A stretch of DNA of 33,982 nucleotides, taken from positions 1 through 33,982 of the forward strand of contig NW_021831884.1 of assembly GCF_006345805.1 (NCBI RefSeq), read 5' to 3'. The translations under genes were made by a program, and so were the position numbers. The stretch's first letter is position 1, and the number at the start of each line of letters is the position of its first letter. Below are positions 1 to 11,676 of the stretch, in pieces. The notes under the pieces are model-generated. The model was not told the origin of the DNA. It worked only from the letters and a program-made list of their open reading frames with translations, and searched no databases. This stretch comes from Octopus sinensis (taxonomy: Eukaryota).

Positions 1-470
1 GATGGAACAATATACAAAATGGAAAGTACTATATAAAGAAAAAAAGATGTATTTTTACAGCAAAAATAAACGAAGAGAAATAAGAAGAAGAAAAATGTAT
101 TAATGAAGAAATGAAAAATGTCTGGTTAAATACCAATGAAAAGAATCAAGCCTATTTTTAATAATAAATAGAAAAGACGTAAAAAGAGTGACGAGGTGAA
201 TTGGTGATAAATAGTTCAGAAGATGAATGGTGGTTGTGTCGAACATGTCAAAACATTATTAGACTCGCTTCTTTGAATTTTGTTCGTAATGATTCGGAAG
301 AAATCGGAGTTTAAGCGGGAACTAAGTGAAAGAGGTTATCGTCAATGCTTGTCAATGGAGGAAAATAGAAGACGTGAAGATCGCTTGAAAGATACGAATT
401 ACGGGAATTGTTTCACTTGAGGACAATAGCTATCAGGTTGTCAATATTCTTACACTTTTGGATTTATTAT
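1..470 (+). mobile_element. Possible highly decayed retroelement 3' remnant (Penelope-like?)
   Basis: Purine-rich coding-like stretch with broken frames (KWKVLYKE..., KCINEEMKNVWLNTNE) loosely like the C-terminus of a GIY-YIG endonuclease; no diagnostic motif. Inference only. Confidence 0.2.
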
Positions 471-1007
471 GAGTGATGATTTTTTTAAAAGTGTTTCCTC
501 TTTTTTTCTTTTTTTTCCTGAAGCATATTATCTCTGCGTCACCGTATCAATATGTATCTTGTAGTTGTGTGTGGATGTATAAATGTATGAATACAATACT
601 GCAAAAATACATGATTGCGTTGTATGGTGAGATTATTTTCCTATAGAATCAGATATATAAATGTGTATATAAACGTGGGTGTATGAATGAATAATAAATG
701 CATATGCGTAATTCTGTGCAGAATTATGATGAGGAATTTTTTATTATTTATATTTTTATAAAAACGTGAATGTACGCATGTTTTTAGTGACTGTCTGAAT
801 GGCGTAATGGTTTCGAAATAGATAATCATTATTTCGTAAGAAACTCAGAGCTATTCAAATTGTTACGATAATTGCTGTTACTGAATTTTTTTTACTGCGG
901 TTGTCATAAGCAATAAGGCGAAGAACATTGAAAGGGTTCAATAACATTCTATAGGAGGAGACAATTACTTCTCTTATAAGGTTAATTTATCTTTTACCAT
1001 GTACCGA

Positions 1008-1200
1008 TTTTAGTCATTGGATAGCAGCCATGGTGGGGCGCCGTCTTGAAGGCTTTAGTTGAACAAATCGCCCCTAATACTTATTTTCAAACATGGTAAT
1101 TGTTAAATCGGTGTCCATTTCACCAAACGCTATTTTATGGAGACGTGAGGAAAGTAACACCGGTTGTCCGGCTGTAGTGGGGGACCAACACAGACACATA
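1008..1200 (-). mobile_element. Old diverged SINE-A-related 3' half
   Basis: tagtcattggatagcagccatggtggggcgccgtctt...ggggaccaacacagacac aligns with the reverse complement of the 3' module of the younger SINE-A copies in this window. Confidence 0.6.
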
Positions 1201-1221
1201 CACAGATATACTGGAAATCAC

Positions 1222-1244
1222 ACAGACACAAACACACTCACACT

Positions 1245-1283
<39 letters not shown>

Positions 1284-1407
1284 GCACATACACACACACA
1301 ACAATCATCCACACAAATTCCGACTTATATCGGCCGGCCCTGGACCTGTGTGGAAAACACTTGATCAAAAAGTACAGCAAATGTTAAGAGCGCGTGCGCA
1401 CATCTGT

Positions 1408-1482
<75 letters not shown>
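1222..1482. repeat. (CA)n and (TG)n(GA)n microsatellites
   Basis: Directly visible; they explain ORFs 1093..1554, 1164..1364 and 1325..1516. Confidence 0.95.
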
Positions 1483-1486
<4 letters not shown>

Positions 1487-1589
1487 TAAGACTGACCCAA
1501 AACTACTTTGCTGCAAAACGATTTCCTAAAAATTTTGAATTGATATTGAGATGAAATTTATCTGATATAATTGTTTCTAATTTTTGGTA

Positions 1590-1781
1590 CCGGGCCAGCA
1601 ATTATGGGAATGGGGCAAGTCGATTACATGGACCCCAGTACTCTACCGGTACTTATCTTTATCGATTCTGACCTTATGAAAGGCAACGTCTATCTTAGCA
1701 TCATTTGAACACAGAACGTACGTCCAGATGAAATGCCACTTAACACTTTACCTGGCGCGTTAACGTTTCTGCTAGGAGGCC
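1590..1781 (-). mobile_element. Old diverged copy of SINE-M (Meta-SINE-like family)
   Basis: aagtcgattacatggaccccagtac...tatcgatt...atgaaaggcaacgtc...gcgttaacgtttctgc matches the younger copy at 31742-31968 in the same orientation. Confidence 0.7.
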
Positions 1782-1899
1782 GTCTTAAATTTATGTTATA
1801 AAATCCATTTTTAGTGTATTCTTGTAGTTCTGTGCCATTTTTAGCGGTCTCTATCTGTATGTATGAATCTAGATATCAAACAATATGAATAATTCCTTG

Positions 1900-2068
1900 T
1901 GTCGATAACAGACGGACGTCCAGCTGCTCGATGGCTGGACAGCAAACTCATTAAACTAGTTTACTCGTAACTGAATATTCCATAGAAAAGCGCACACTCA
2001 AGGTAATTCCGCGATAAAATTCACATGACATAAGTCTGACAAATCTAGACATTTGAATCGCAGGTAGA
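1900..2068 (-). mobile_element. Old diverged CORE-like SINE 3' part
   Basis: Gapped similarity to the reverse complement of the 6827-7070 copy (ccagctgctcgat...; tgacaaatctagacatttgaatcgcaggta). Confidence 0.5.
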
Positions 2069-2977
2069 GTCCAGCCAACGGGCTTCAGTATCGTTTTCCT
2101 TTAATTCCCTTCGGTCAACCCGAGGCTAGCTATGTTGAAATCTATTTCCAAAGATGCCACGAAGTAAGAACGAATTCGGCTCCACCTGTGCTTGAAGCGA
2201 GCTTCATAATTACTCTGCCACAGGTAAAGTGTCCATCTGTACTGCAGTCGTCCAGATTTAAAATTCTGATTAAAAGTGGTAAAAGCCGTTGTACTAATAC
2301 ATCTAACTGTTGTACTTATAGACCTAACCTCGTTTATCACGGGGTTTTGATTTCGGAGGAAAACATTAGTGATAAACGAATCTTTTGCACTCGCTTTGCA
2401 AATGAAACGACACCAAACTCGTGGCTCACACATCGAAGCTTCTAATGTCTCGTATTTCCTTGGCCATTTCTACGTTTTCCTCTCGAGAGTACATCCTCGG
2501 ATTTCCCTGTTCACTGGTCCTGTGTTGACAGATACAAGTAAAACACAACCTAACAGCACAGTCAATCCGATAGTCAATGCATTCAAGGTAGCTTAGCATT
2601 ACGGGTGGTCAATTGGTGAGGGGGGCGATACAAATAGAATATTCGACTGATCGCTGACCCGTGCTATCACAATAAGCCGTGATAAGCGTAACAGACTACA
2701 TGTAGATCATTCCGTGTTATCCTAGATAGATCAGTGATGAATGAATTAGCAATAAAAGAAGCTACATGTAATATGTATGCCGTGTGTTATGCGGAATGGT
2801 CGTCATAATCTGGTGAATCAGTTGTGTCAACAGTATAGCGTTGACAATTAAAAAGCAAAACCCATATAGATAAATTCACTGTTCAATTGATAATTTTTCA
2901 CTATCTATGTAGATGGGTCGAATCTAAAATATCTTGGTGACAGCCAAAGTATGAAGTATGAAAATAGTTAACTAATA

Positions 2978-3143
2978 GGCGTAGGAGTGGCTGTGTGGTA
3001 GGTAGTTAGCTTACTTACCAGCCTCGTGGTTCCGGGTTTAGTCCCACTGCGTGGCACCTTGGGCAAGTGTCTTCTACTATAGCCTCGGGCCAACCAGAGC
3101 CTTGTGAGTGGATTTGGTAGACGGAAAGTGAAAGAAGCCCGTC

Positions 3144-3197
<54 letters not shown>

Positions 3198-3316
3198 ATA
3201 TGTGTGTGTGTCTGTATGTGTACATGTGTGTATAAGTTTGTGTGTCTGTGTTTGTCCCCCCAACATCGCTTGACAACCGAAGCTGGTGTGTTTACGTCCC
3301 CATAACTTAGCGGTTC
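2978..3316 (+). mobile_element. SINE-A, 3'-truncated, tRNA-derived with internal (TA)n(TG)n
   Basis: Head ggcgtaggagtggctgtgtggt (A-box-like), ggtttagtccc (B-box-like), ccttgggcaagtg core, internal microsatellite; stops at cttagcggttc. Confidence 0.9.
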
Positions 3317-3603
3317 CTCTACGTTAACTTCCCCTGTGTTTCTTTTGAATTTATATTTGTAGTTTATGCATAATTTCCTTCCTTCTTTTTCCTGAATCTT
3401 CTAGAAAATATCATTTGCTTCAGGGTTGACAGAAATAGCGATATAAAATAACCAAAAGAAGAATTTTAAGTAGTTTTAGATAACAATCAAATGATTAAAT
3501 AATTATTAAATTGTACATTTTCATTTTAGATCGCTTTCATATATTTTCCTATACGTAGAATACTTCGCGTCACGATATACATATAAGCTCGCGGTCAAAC
3601 CTA

Positions 3604-3824
3604 TTTACTCTTTTACTCTTTTACTTATTTCAGTTATTTGACTGTGGCCATGCTGGAGCACCGCCTTTAGTCGAGCAAATCGATCCCCAGGACATATGCT
3701 TTGTAAGCCTAGTACATATTCTATCGGTCTATTTTGCCGAACCGCTAAGTTACAGGGACGTAAACATACCAGCATCGGTTGTCAAGCAATGTTGGGGGAA
3801 AAAGCTCAGACACACAAACATATG

Positions 3825-3868
<44 letters not shown>

Positions 3869-4031
3869 CGATGGGCTTCTTTCAGTTTCCGTCTACCAAA
3901 TCCACTCATAAGGCTTTGGTCAGCAAGAGGCTATAGTAGAAGACACTTGCCCAAGGTGCTACGCAGTGGGACGGAACTCGGAACCATGTGGTTGGCATGC
4001 AAGCTACTTACCACACAGCCACTCCTGCGCC
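3604..4031 (-). mobile_element. SINE-A, full length
   Basis: Complete head to (GAGTAAAA)n-type tail on the minus strand; high identity to the other copies here. Confidence 0.92.
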
Positions 4032-4103
4032 TATGCTCAAGAATACAACAAACCACCCCGTTCAGAAATTTAATCACGCTCGCGGGTGCAACACCCTTAC
4101 CAC

Positions 4104-4195
4104 TGGGCCGTGCGTCCTCGACTACATACATACATACATATACATACATACATACATACATACATACATACATACATACATACATACATACATAC
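4104..4195. repeat. (CATA)n microsatellite
   Basis: Directly visible. Confidence 0.95.
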
Positions 4196-4566
4196 GTAGA
4201 TATGTGCGTATGTATGTGCATACATTTGTACTTATGAAATATCAGATTGCGTAGATAGATCGTTACGCGTACATTTTTTGTACACATAATAATATTAACA
4301 AAAGATGCCCTGTAAAGGAAGATAAACTACAAACTATATACTACAAACCGTTAGGCATATAGATACATTATGAAACATTGGATAGAAAATGATTGATAAT
4401 CTGTTTGAAGATTCTGAATCGAGATTTACTACGAAGCCTTAGGCTACAGATATTTCTTTCCACACACACAAATATGCATATATGTGTGTGTGTGTATGTA
4501 TGTATGTCTATTTCTGTAGCTACTTTTTAAAAAAATTCTCATCGTTCTGAACTAATTTCTTCTCAG

Positions 4567-4642
4567 CTACCTTCCTTACTGACTGTCAATCTCGGTGATA
4601 TACCAGAAAATGAAGATTTTGCCCTTAGGGACCGTACAACTA
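4567..4642 (+). CDS. Candidate 76-nt internal exon (LPSLLTVNLGDIPENEDFALRDRTT), product unknown
   Basis: Acceptor ctaatttcttctcag| with branch-like CTAAT; donor |GTGAGT; only one of three frames is open; lies in unique sequence. No homolog recognised. Confidence 0.3.
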
Positions 4643-4849
4643 GTGAGTTAGTGCTCTAAACTGGGGGGCAATTTGGATGATTGGGCCTTTAGCAACATTG
4701 AAATGAGAGATGAAGGAGAGAAGAAAAGATGTGAAGAGATACTATAATGTTCGTTTTTAAAGAGTAATCTCCACAGTAACTCATTGGAAATCGATATGCT
4801 ACGAGTATGGAATTTTATACTGTATACAGCCCAGTGTGTTTGTCACTTT

Positions 4850-4952
4850 GTCTCTTTCTCTCTCCCTCTCTTTCTGCATCTTCCTGTCACACACACACAC
4901 ACACACCACACACACACACACACAAACACACAGACACACACGCATATATATA

Positions 4953-4987
<35 letters not shown>

Positions 4988-5575
4988 TTTATTTAAAAGC
5001 AGCAGAAATATGTGCTTACTCCGGTATGTATGTATATATATATATGCACGCGTGTGTGTGTGTGCATATGTGTGTGTGTTTGTGTGTGTATGTGTGTGTA
5101 TGTATGTATGTATGTATGTGTGTATGTGTGTGTGTATGCATGTGTGTGTGTGTGTGTGTGTATTTAAGACTGTATATATGTGTGTTTTGTGTATGCAGAT
5201 ATATTAAATTCATATATATTTTTCTTTACTATTTTTATATTAGCATCTACATCTATGCTTATATATATATACATATGCCCACACACACATACATACATAT
5301 ATATATACACACATACATATATACACACACATACATATATGCATATACATGTGTGTGTGTGTGTGCGTATATATAAGTATATATATATATACATATATAT
5401 ATATACATATATATACATATATATACATATATATATACATATATATACATATATATATATACATATATATACAATACATATATACATACATATATATATA
5501 TATGTATATATGTATATATTACATACATATATATTGACGTGTGTGTGTGTGTTTCTGTGTGTGTGTGCGTGTAGA
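4850..5575. repeat. Compound (CT)/(CA)/(TA)/(TG) microsatellite block
   Basis: Directly visible; source of the many I/Y/H/T/C/V-rich spurious ORFs. Confidence 0.95.
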
Positions 5576-5842
5576 CACACCAAACGCAGAGAACATTAAG
5601 AGAACTGTTAGTCAGTCAGTCACTTGATGGTACATGTTCGGATGAAGTAACTGAAGAATCGATCAATTGGTTCTATTTTTCAATCAAGAGATAAGTAGCT
5701 GAGCTAAACGATTTTGTCAGCCCTCGCAGACATTATCGATACATGAAGTACTTTTCTCTCACTTAGACATTCTCCCAGGAATTGGCTAGTTTTCTACACA
5801 ATACAGCGTTTGTTCGTAGAACACATGGTGGTTTCTTTTCAT

Positions 5843-5988
5843 TGTATCTGTCTGTCTGTTTGTCTGTCTGTCTGCCTATCAATTTGTCTTTGTGCGATTA
5901 TCTAACTAACCTTCTCCCTCGCTTTCTCTTGGGAGTATAAATTCATATATAGGGGTATGTATATGTGTACACACAACATACACAGACG

Positions 5989-6056
<68 letters not shown>

Positions 6057-6790
6057 CAACTGCGGGGCACCTTGGGCAAATGTCTTTATACTATAGCCGA
6101 CCAAAGCCTTGTGAGTGGATTTGGTAGACGGAAACTGAAAGAAGCCTGCTGTATCAGTCTGTCTGTTTGTCTGTCTGTCTGCCTATCAATTTGTCTTTGT
6201 GCGATTATCTAACTAACCTTTTCCCTCGTTTTCTCTTGGGAGTATAGATTCATATATACGGGTATGTATATGTGTACACACTGTGTGGTAAGTAGCTTGT
6301 TTACTGACCACATGGTTCCGGGTTCAGTCCCACTGCGTGGCATCTTGGGCAAGTGTCTTCTGCTATAGCCCCGGGCCGACCAATGCCTTGTGAGTGGATT
6401 TGGTAGATGGAAACTGAAAGAAGCCTGTCGTATATATGTATATACATATATGTATGTGTATGTGTTTGTGTGTCTGTGTTTGTCCCCCTAGCATTGCTTG
6501 ACAACCGATGCTGGTGTGTTTATGTCCCCGTTACTTAGCGGTTCGGCAAAAGAGACCGATAGAATAAGTACTGGGCTTACAAAAAAGAATAAGTCCCGGG
6601 GTCGAGTTGCTCGATTGAAGGCGGTGCTCCAGCATGGCCGCAGTCAAATGACTGAAACAAATAAAAGAGTAAAAAAAGAGTAAAAAGAGTAATATATACC
6701 AGTCGTGGCACCTTGGGCAAATGTCTTCTATTATAGCCGACCAAAGCCTTGTGAGTGGATTTGGTAGACTGAAACTGAAAGAACCCTGCT
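5843..6790 (+). repeat. Tandem duplication (307-bp unit); second copy carries a SINE-A insertion
   Basis: 5843-5972 recurs at 6150-6281; the SINE fragment with a diagnostic atagcc|gaccaaagcc deletion at ~6060-6149 recurs at ~6703-6790. Confidence 0.85.
6282..6690 (+). mobile_element. SINE-A, near full length (lacks first ~14 nt)
   Basis: tgtgtggtaagtagcttg...ggcggtgctccagcatggccgcagtcaaatgactgaaac plus (AAAAGAGT)n tail. Confidence 0.92.
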
Positions 6791-6826
6791 ATTTCTCTCA
6801 ATCCATATATTCACCCGCCAATGCAC

Positions 6827-7070
6827 TGTGACCTTGATCAAGACACTTTATTACAAGTTGCTCCAATGAACTCCACTGACAAAAATGAGTTCCACCTGTA
6901 CTTCGAAAGGCCAGCCTTGTTATATTCTGTTTCACACTGAATCTTCCTGAGAAACTACGTTTAGGATAATCGTGTTTGTTGAAAGCTCATCCACTTGCAC
7001 TTTAATTCTACGAGCTGGCTGTTTCGTTGAAGGGATCCAATGGAAACCTTGTTGTAACCGACAGAGTTCC
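6827..7070 (+). mobile_element. CORE-like SINE body lacking head
   Basis: gtgaccttgatcaagacactttatt...aaaaatgagttccacctgta matches 9790-9888 and resembles the CORE domain (GTGACCTTGGGCAAG...). Confidence 0.7.
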
Positions 7071-7202
7071 TGTTTTCATTTACATCATAATTGTGCCTGA
7101 AATGTCTCTGCTATCAAGGCAGAAAGTATAATAATATCCCACCTTCTGAAAAAAAAAGATATGTTACATACTTTCGATGCGCTACGTAGGGGCTATTTTC
7201 TG

Positions 7203-7595
7203 TTTTTTTTCTTTCGGTTTATTTGTTTCAGTCATTTGACTGCGACCATGCTGGAGCACCGCCTTTAGTCGAGCAAATCGACACCAGGACTTATTCTTTG
7301 TAAGCCTAGTACTTATTCTATCGGTCACTCTTGCCGAACCGCTAAGTGACGGGGACGTAAACACACCAGCATCGGTTGTCAGGCGATGTTAGTGGGGGGG
7401 ACAAACACAGACACACAAACATATATATATATACGACGGACTTCTTTCAGTTTCCGCCTACCAAATCCACTCACAAAGCTTTAGTTAGCCCGAAGCTATA
7501 GAAGAAGACACTTGCCCAACGTACCACGCAGTGGGTCTGAACCGGAACTATGTGGTTGGTAAGCAAGTTACTTACCACACAGCCACTCCTGCGCC
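7203..7595 (-). mobile_element. SINE-A, full length
   Basis: Complete head and tail on the minus strand. Confidence 0.92.
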
Positions 7596-7699
7596 TATAA
7601 TAATCTACGAACATATTCCGTCATTCGTATTCTTTGTCCTTGAAACATTCCAGTTACATTAGCGGAGCAATAAAGTTCAAATTAGTAATCAATAAAAGG

Positions 7700-7975
7700 C
7701 GTGGCTTGACTTCATGCTCTTGTTTGATGGGTTAGGGTTACGCTCATTCCAAGTTGGTGGTCTTAGAGACCTCCCTATGCGGTTGAGCCGACCAGGCCTA
7801 TCAATGCTCGCTATCGCTGGTGGTCTTGTGCCATCCCCTCTTTATCATCAACGGTGACGTCGAGCCACTGGAGATCTTCCCCATTCACATCCAGCCATCT
7901 GGTGCGGGGCCTGGCACATGGCCTCTTCCAGCCAGAAGTTGTTGCGTCGAATGAAGATAAAACCCTGGTAGGATT
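7700..7975 (-). mobile_element. RTE-clade LINE 3' fragment (end of ORF2 plus 3' UTR)
   Basis: Minus frame PTRVLSSFDATTSGWKRPCARPRTRWLDVNGEDLQWLDVTVDDKEGMAQDHQR*RALIGLVGSTA* resembles the RTE C-terminal KRPRGRPRTRW.D...AQDR..WR motif; internal stop where W is expected. Confidence 0.75.
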
Positions 7976-7983
7976 ATCTAGAG

Positions 7984-8260
7984 CAGGGCTTCTCAACAAC
8001 TATCTTTTTTATCTATGGAATCCTTTTGATTACTATTTTATTCTGGTGGACCCCAGAGCCATTCGATGCTTAAAAAGTAGTTTTATACAAACTTCTTTCA
8101 AAATTCGTAATTTGCTTTCACGCATTAACTTGTGTAAGTTACACATTATATACATCTAAAACAAAATACTATTGTGGACAATTTACTATTTTGGTGCGTG
8201 GACCTCAAAAATCTTATATGGAACCTCAGGGGCGATATGGATCCCGTTTGAGAACTCTTG
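7984..8260. mobile_element. hAT (Charlie-type) MITE, 277 bp
   Basis: Imperfect TIRs cagggcttctcaac / tttgagaactcttg; perfect 8-bp TSD ATCTAGAG at 7976-7983 and 8261-8268, matching the NTCTAGAN target of Charlie elements. Confidence 0.9.
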
Positions 8261-8381
8261 ATCTAGAGGGAGACAAAAATGAAAATTAAATTAATATAAG
8301 ATTATATCGTTTGAGATAATATATATACCTACCTACCTACCTACATACATACATACATACATACATACATACATACATACA

Positions 8382-8440
<59 letters not shown>

Positions 8441-8441
<1 letters not shown>

Positions 8442-8720
8442 GGGGAGAATTCACAAAAAAACCCCAAAAGATGAAGACAGGTGGTGTATACAACACACAG
8501 ATGTATTAGTATAAGGCTCGGGAAGTGAAAAAGTCTTTTATGTTTCGAGCCTACGCTCTTCCACAGAAAGTAACACAGAAAGAAACAAGGAGAGAATAGC
8601 GATCTATCATGACGAAGGCCGGACAGAAGGGTCACACATGAGAGCTAGGGAGAAGGGGAGATAAGAAAGTGGTGGTGATACCAAAACGAACGTGCGCGTG
8701 CGTGTGCATAACAGAGTCTG
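8441..8720 (-). mobile_element. Penelope-like terminal-repeat (pLTR) fragment inside (TACA)n(TA)n
   Basis: Unique sequence between two (TACA)n(TA)n arrays, containing the hammerhead-like ...GAAGAGCGTAGGCTCGAAAC... motif typical of PLE terminal repeats. Family assignment is inference. Confidence 0.55.
8535..8570 (-). ncRNA. Minimal hammerhead-ribozyme-like motif (degenerate)
   Basis: Minus strand CUUU-CUGUGGAA-GAGC(GUAG)GCUC-GAAAC-AUA-AAAG: stem I CUUU/AAAG, perfect 4-bp stem II, GAAAC; core deviates (A6U, extra A) and stem III appears mutated. Confidence 0.45.
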
Positions 8721-8740
8721 TATGTGCGAGTATATATACA

Positions 8741-8812
<72 letters not shown>

Positions 8813-9284
8813 ATATTATATATATATATATACACACTTATATACGCATTCATTCATACATACATTCATGCATACGTACATACATACATACAGGCATACT
8901 TATTCTGAAAAATAATATCATACTGATTTCATTTAAACTACTTTTTATTTACTTCTTGAAATCTTTTTACAAAATATCATATATATTTTTTTCTCGGTGT
9001 ATTTATTTATTTCTACAATTTACTGACATTTTTTCAATATAATGAGTTGTGTCGTTTCAAGAATTTATAAGGTTAATTTATAGAAACTCAAAGACTCGTA
9101 GTCATGGTTTCATTTATGTAAAAGCGGAAGTTCATATTGGATTGTTACTGAGTAATTCAAGTTTACTTTGCCGAAGAGGTTAGTTATTCTCTAGTGTCTT
9201 TCAAGAGATTTATTACGACGGTATTAACATTAATTACAAAGCACTTTAAATCCATCTATCCATCCATACATTCTTACCAAGCAT

Positions 9285-9365
9285 ACATACATATACATAT
9301 ATGTATATATATATATGTATGTGTATATATATAAATATATATATATATATATTATATATAATATA

Positions 9366-9421
<56 letters not shown>

Positions 9422-9598
9422 ATATGTGTATAGATGTATATATATATATATATAAATATATTATATATATATATATATACACACATGTATGTATATGTAT
9501 ACGTATGTGTATATATGCATATGTATATATGTATATATATGTATTATATATATATATATTATATGAGAGAGAGAGGAGAGAGAGAGATAGATAGATAG

Positions 9599-9649
<51 letters not shown>

Positions 9650-9710
9650 AGATAGATAGATAGATGCATATATATACGTATATGTATACATATGTGTATA
9701 TATATGTATA
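9285..9710. repeat. Compound (TA)n/(GA)n/(GATA)n microsatellite block
   Basis: Directly visible. Confidence 0.95.
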
Positions 9711-9711
9711 A

Positions 9712-9888
9712 GTGAAGGCTCGTGGCTTAGTTGCTAGGGCATTCGGCTCATGATCGTAAGGTCATGAGTTCAATTCCTTTCGAGGCGTTTTGTCCTTGAA
9801 CATGACACTTTATTTCACGTTGGTCCAGTTCATCACCTGGTAAAAATGAGTAGTACCTGTATTTTAAAGTCCCAGTCTTGTTACACTC
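9712..9888 (+). mobile_element. CORE-like tRNA-derived SINE, 5' half
   Basis: A-box-like tggcttagttgc, B-box gagttcaattcc, then gtccttgaacatgacactttatttc core; truncated after gttacactc. Confidence 0.8.
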
Positions 9889-10080
9889 ATCAAGCACATA
9901 GGGCCCTCCTCAGGAGGAAGCAGTCCAAGAAATGTGTTGTTACATCGATTTCGTTATTTTATTTAAACTGCTCAGTGTTTGGATTAGCAGCAGTAACCGC
10001 ATCTCCCCAACTGTTGGCCGCTGTGACTTATTTTCACGTGATGGTACTGGAAGATATTGGTCGTAGTCACCTTGATATTT

Positions 10081-10400
10081 TCATAGGATACACTGGCTCA
10101 TCTCCGATCTACTCTTAATTTTCGGGTTGAAGCGGTTGATTAATATAGCTTCCTTGATACGAAGATTTCCTGTGTTCCTCTCCGAGGCCAGTATGGAGGC
10201 GTCTGTGTGATGGTATTGCCGTATTTAGTTAGGAGTATGTGGAAGAAAAACGCGACGGTAGTGTGGTGCGACTTCATTCGGACGTGGAGTAGTCGTACTG
10301 TGCTACCGATCTAGTAGTCGTTGCATTTGGACAATCGTATCTGGTATACTATGTACGTAGGCATTTGTTAGCTGTTTCGAATAGGGCAGCTCGCCTGTGT
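10081..10400 (-). pseudogene. Penelope-like element GIY-YIG endonuclease C-terminal fragment (disrupted)
   Basis: Minus strand SCPIRNS*QMPTYIVYQIRLSKCNDY*IGSTVRLLHVRMKSH...FHILLTKYG / DASILASERNTGNLRIKEAILINRFNPKIKSRSEMSQCIL*: IVY...(Y)IG-T-R motif and E-I-I..P..N tail; stops and a frameshift. Confidence 0.8.
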
Positions 10401-10439
10401 GCTGTTGTTCTGTGCGTGACCACCTCGTTGATAGGTATT

Positions 10440-10576
10440 GCTGTGTGGTAAGAAGCTTACTTCCCAACCACATGGTTCTGCATTCAGTCCTACTGCAGGG
10501 CATCTACTATAGCAAACCGCCGACCATTGCCTTGTGTATTGATTTGGTAGGCGGAAACTGTAAGAAGCTTGACGTA
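10440..10576 (+). mobile_element. Diverged SINE-A 5' fragment
   Basis: gctgtgtggtaagaagcttacttcccaaccacatggttc...ggcggaaactgtaagaagc followed by (TA)n. Confidence 0.8.
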
Positions 10577-10581
10577 TATAT

Positions 10582-10625
<44 letters not shown>

Positions 10626-11676
10626 CATATTGTTTACTCTTTTCTTTCTTTTTACTTTTTTCAGTCATTAGACTCGGGGACTGAGTAGTTGGCAACAAAC
10701 TTCTTACTGCCACGCCTATATACGCATAAATACAAGCACACACCCCTCACCCACACACCATATGTGTATCACACACCACCCATATATATATATTATATAA
10801 TATATGTATATATATATACGTGGTATGTATATAATAGTTTGGCCATGAAATGTAAATATACATACATCCATCACCCTACCTAACATTTGCTGAACCCATC
10901 CATACCGCCACCCATCTTGGCAACCGTTCTTTACCATCAGTTCAATACCACAATATTTCACCACCACCACCACCACCACCACCACTTGCGCACCATTATT
11001 TTTAGCTCGCTACCACCCCCCCTCATTTTCCCATACTTTTATAGACGAACCACCTCCACCTGTCATTTACCTCCTTAATATCTCCTCAACCTTTCTCTTA
11101 TACCCATTGTCCTTGAACTACACTCCCACACCCTTCATCGTTTCTTTGTACTTCTTTGCCATCTGTACTTCCCGTCACCATCACATTCACCTATCCCACG
11201 AACACACCCTACTCACACCTATCCGCTCTATCAAACTCCATCACTACTCTAGTGCCCCTATCACCACTGCTAACACTTAGTCAACGTTACTGATTTCCCC
11301 ACACCCTTCTTCAATATCCACCCATCCACTTTACCTTGGTAATACCATCTCATCTCATTCTCTGTCTCTTTACTCATACACGCTCTTATATGGATTGATG
11401 TCTGCTAAAAGTGCAGCTGTTGCATTTTTTAATATGAGAATATATCACTCTACTTACAGCCATACAACTATAAATACCTATACACCACAACTATATATAG
11501 CTGTACTTTTGTACTGTAACCAAAACATCTGCACCAACCATTCGCATTTTTATCAACACAACTCATAAATCAGTGACCACAACCTACACACCTGTACCAT
11601 GTATACATGCACTTCTCCCACAATCCATACAGCTGTCGCTTACAGTTGTAGCATACACTTCTACAACAACCTATGC

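Noticed and set aside
415-455. cttgag-gacaa...ttgtc-aata hammerhead-like hairpin
   Set aside because: Lacks GAAA after the stem and the core is not in register.
2101-2445. 115-codon open plus frame with FKILIK...PNLVYHGVL, vaguely like a Helitron helicase C-terminus
   Set aside because: The key GQLYVA.SR motif is absent; similarity is too weak to call.
9717-9780. tRNA-Met-like sequence (CTCATGA loop)
   Set aside because: It is the SINE head: no acceptor stem, runs into the CORE-like domain, and CAT may be CpG decay.
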